From Octopus sinensis (lineage: Eukaryota), in contig NC_043004.1 of the NCBI RefSeq assembly GCF_006345805.1, positions 33,232,001-33,296,000 on the forward strand: 64,000 bases of DNA. The letters run 5' to 3'. How positions within the stretch are numbered: the stretch's first letter is position 1; every line of letters begins with the position of its first letter. The notes under the pieces were generated by a model. That model saw only the letters and a list, made by a program, of their open reading frames with translations, was not told the DNA's origin and ran no database searches. A program made the position numbers and the translations under genes. This document shows, piece after piece, positions 63,931 through 64,000 of the stretch.

Positions 63931-63976
63931 AACACAACGTTTCGGCTGATATACCCACCAGCCTTCATCAGTTGTC
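63931..63976 (-). ncRNA. Minimal hammerhead ribozyme motif with intact core (family H1; element runs off the window end)
   Basis: gacaa-CTGATGA-a-ggctg-gtgggtatat-cagcc-GAAA-CG-TT-gtgtt; palindromic ACGU stem III; one A-G mismatch at the base of stem I. Confidence 0.8.
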
Positions 63977-64000
63977 TTGGGGAAATTTTGAACCTGGGTT

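Overview
AT-rich eukaryotic DNA saturated with microsatellites and transposon debris. The repeat repertoire looks like an Octopus genome (inference from recalled repeat sequences, not checked). There are no rRNA, intact tRNA or CRISPR loci, and almost all listed ORFs are microsatellite artefacts. Supported content: (1) at least 15 copies of a tRNA-headed CORE-like SINE ('A') and several other tRNA-headed SINEs (B, B2, D, E, F). (2) 3' ends of RTE, CR1/L2-group and RLE-type (R4/Dong-like) LINEs, including one that shares its tail with SINE A. (3) Remnants of a Penelope-like GIY-YIG element, mariner, MULE and Helitron, plus MITEs. (4) A possible minus-strand multi-exon host gene or pseudogene with frameshifts and stops, unidentified. 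Best leads: three dispersed repeat families carrying minimal Penelope-type hammerhead ribozyme motifs, one fused behind a tRNA-like Pol III head (a putative Penelope-mobilised, ribozyme-bearing SINE); SINE-B head-to-tail multimers with a fixed junction, one bracketed by a single target-site duplication; a near-perfect 520-bp inverted duplication; and a 749-bp tandem duplication. All alignments and translations were done by eye and coordinates of degenerate elements are approximate.
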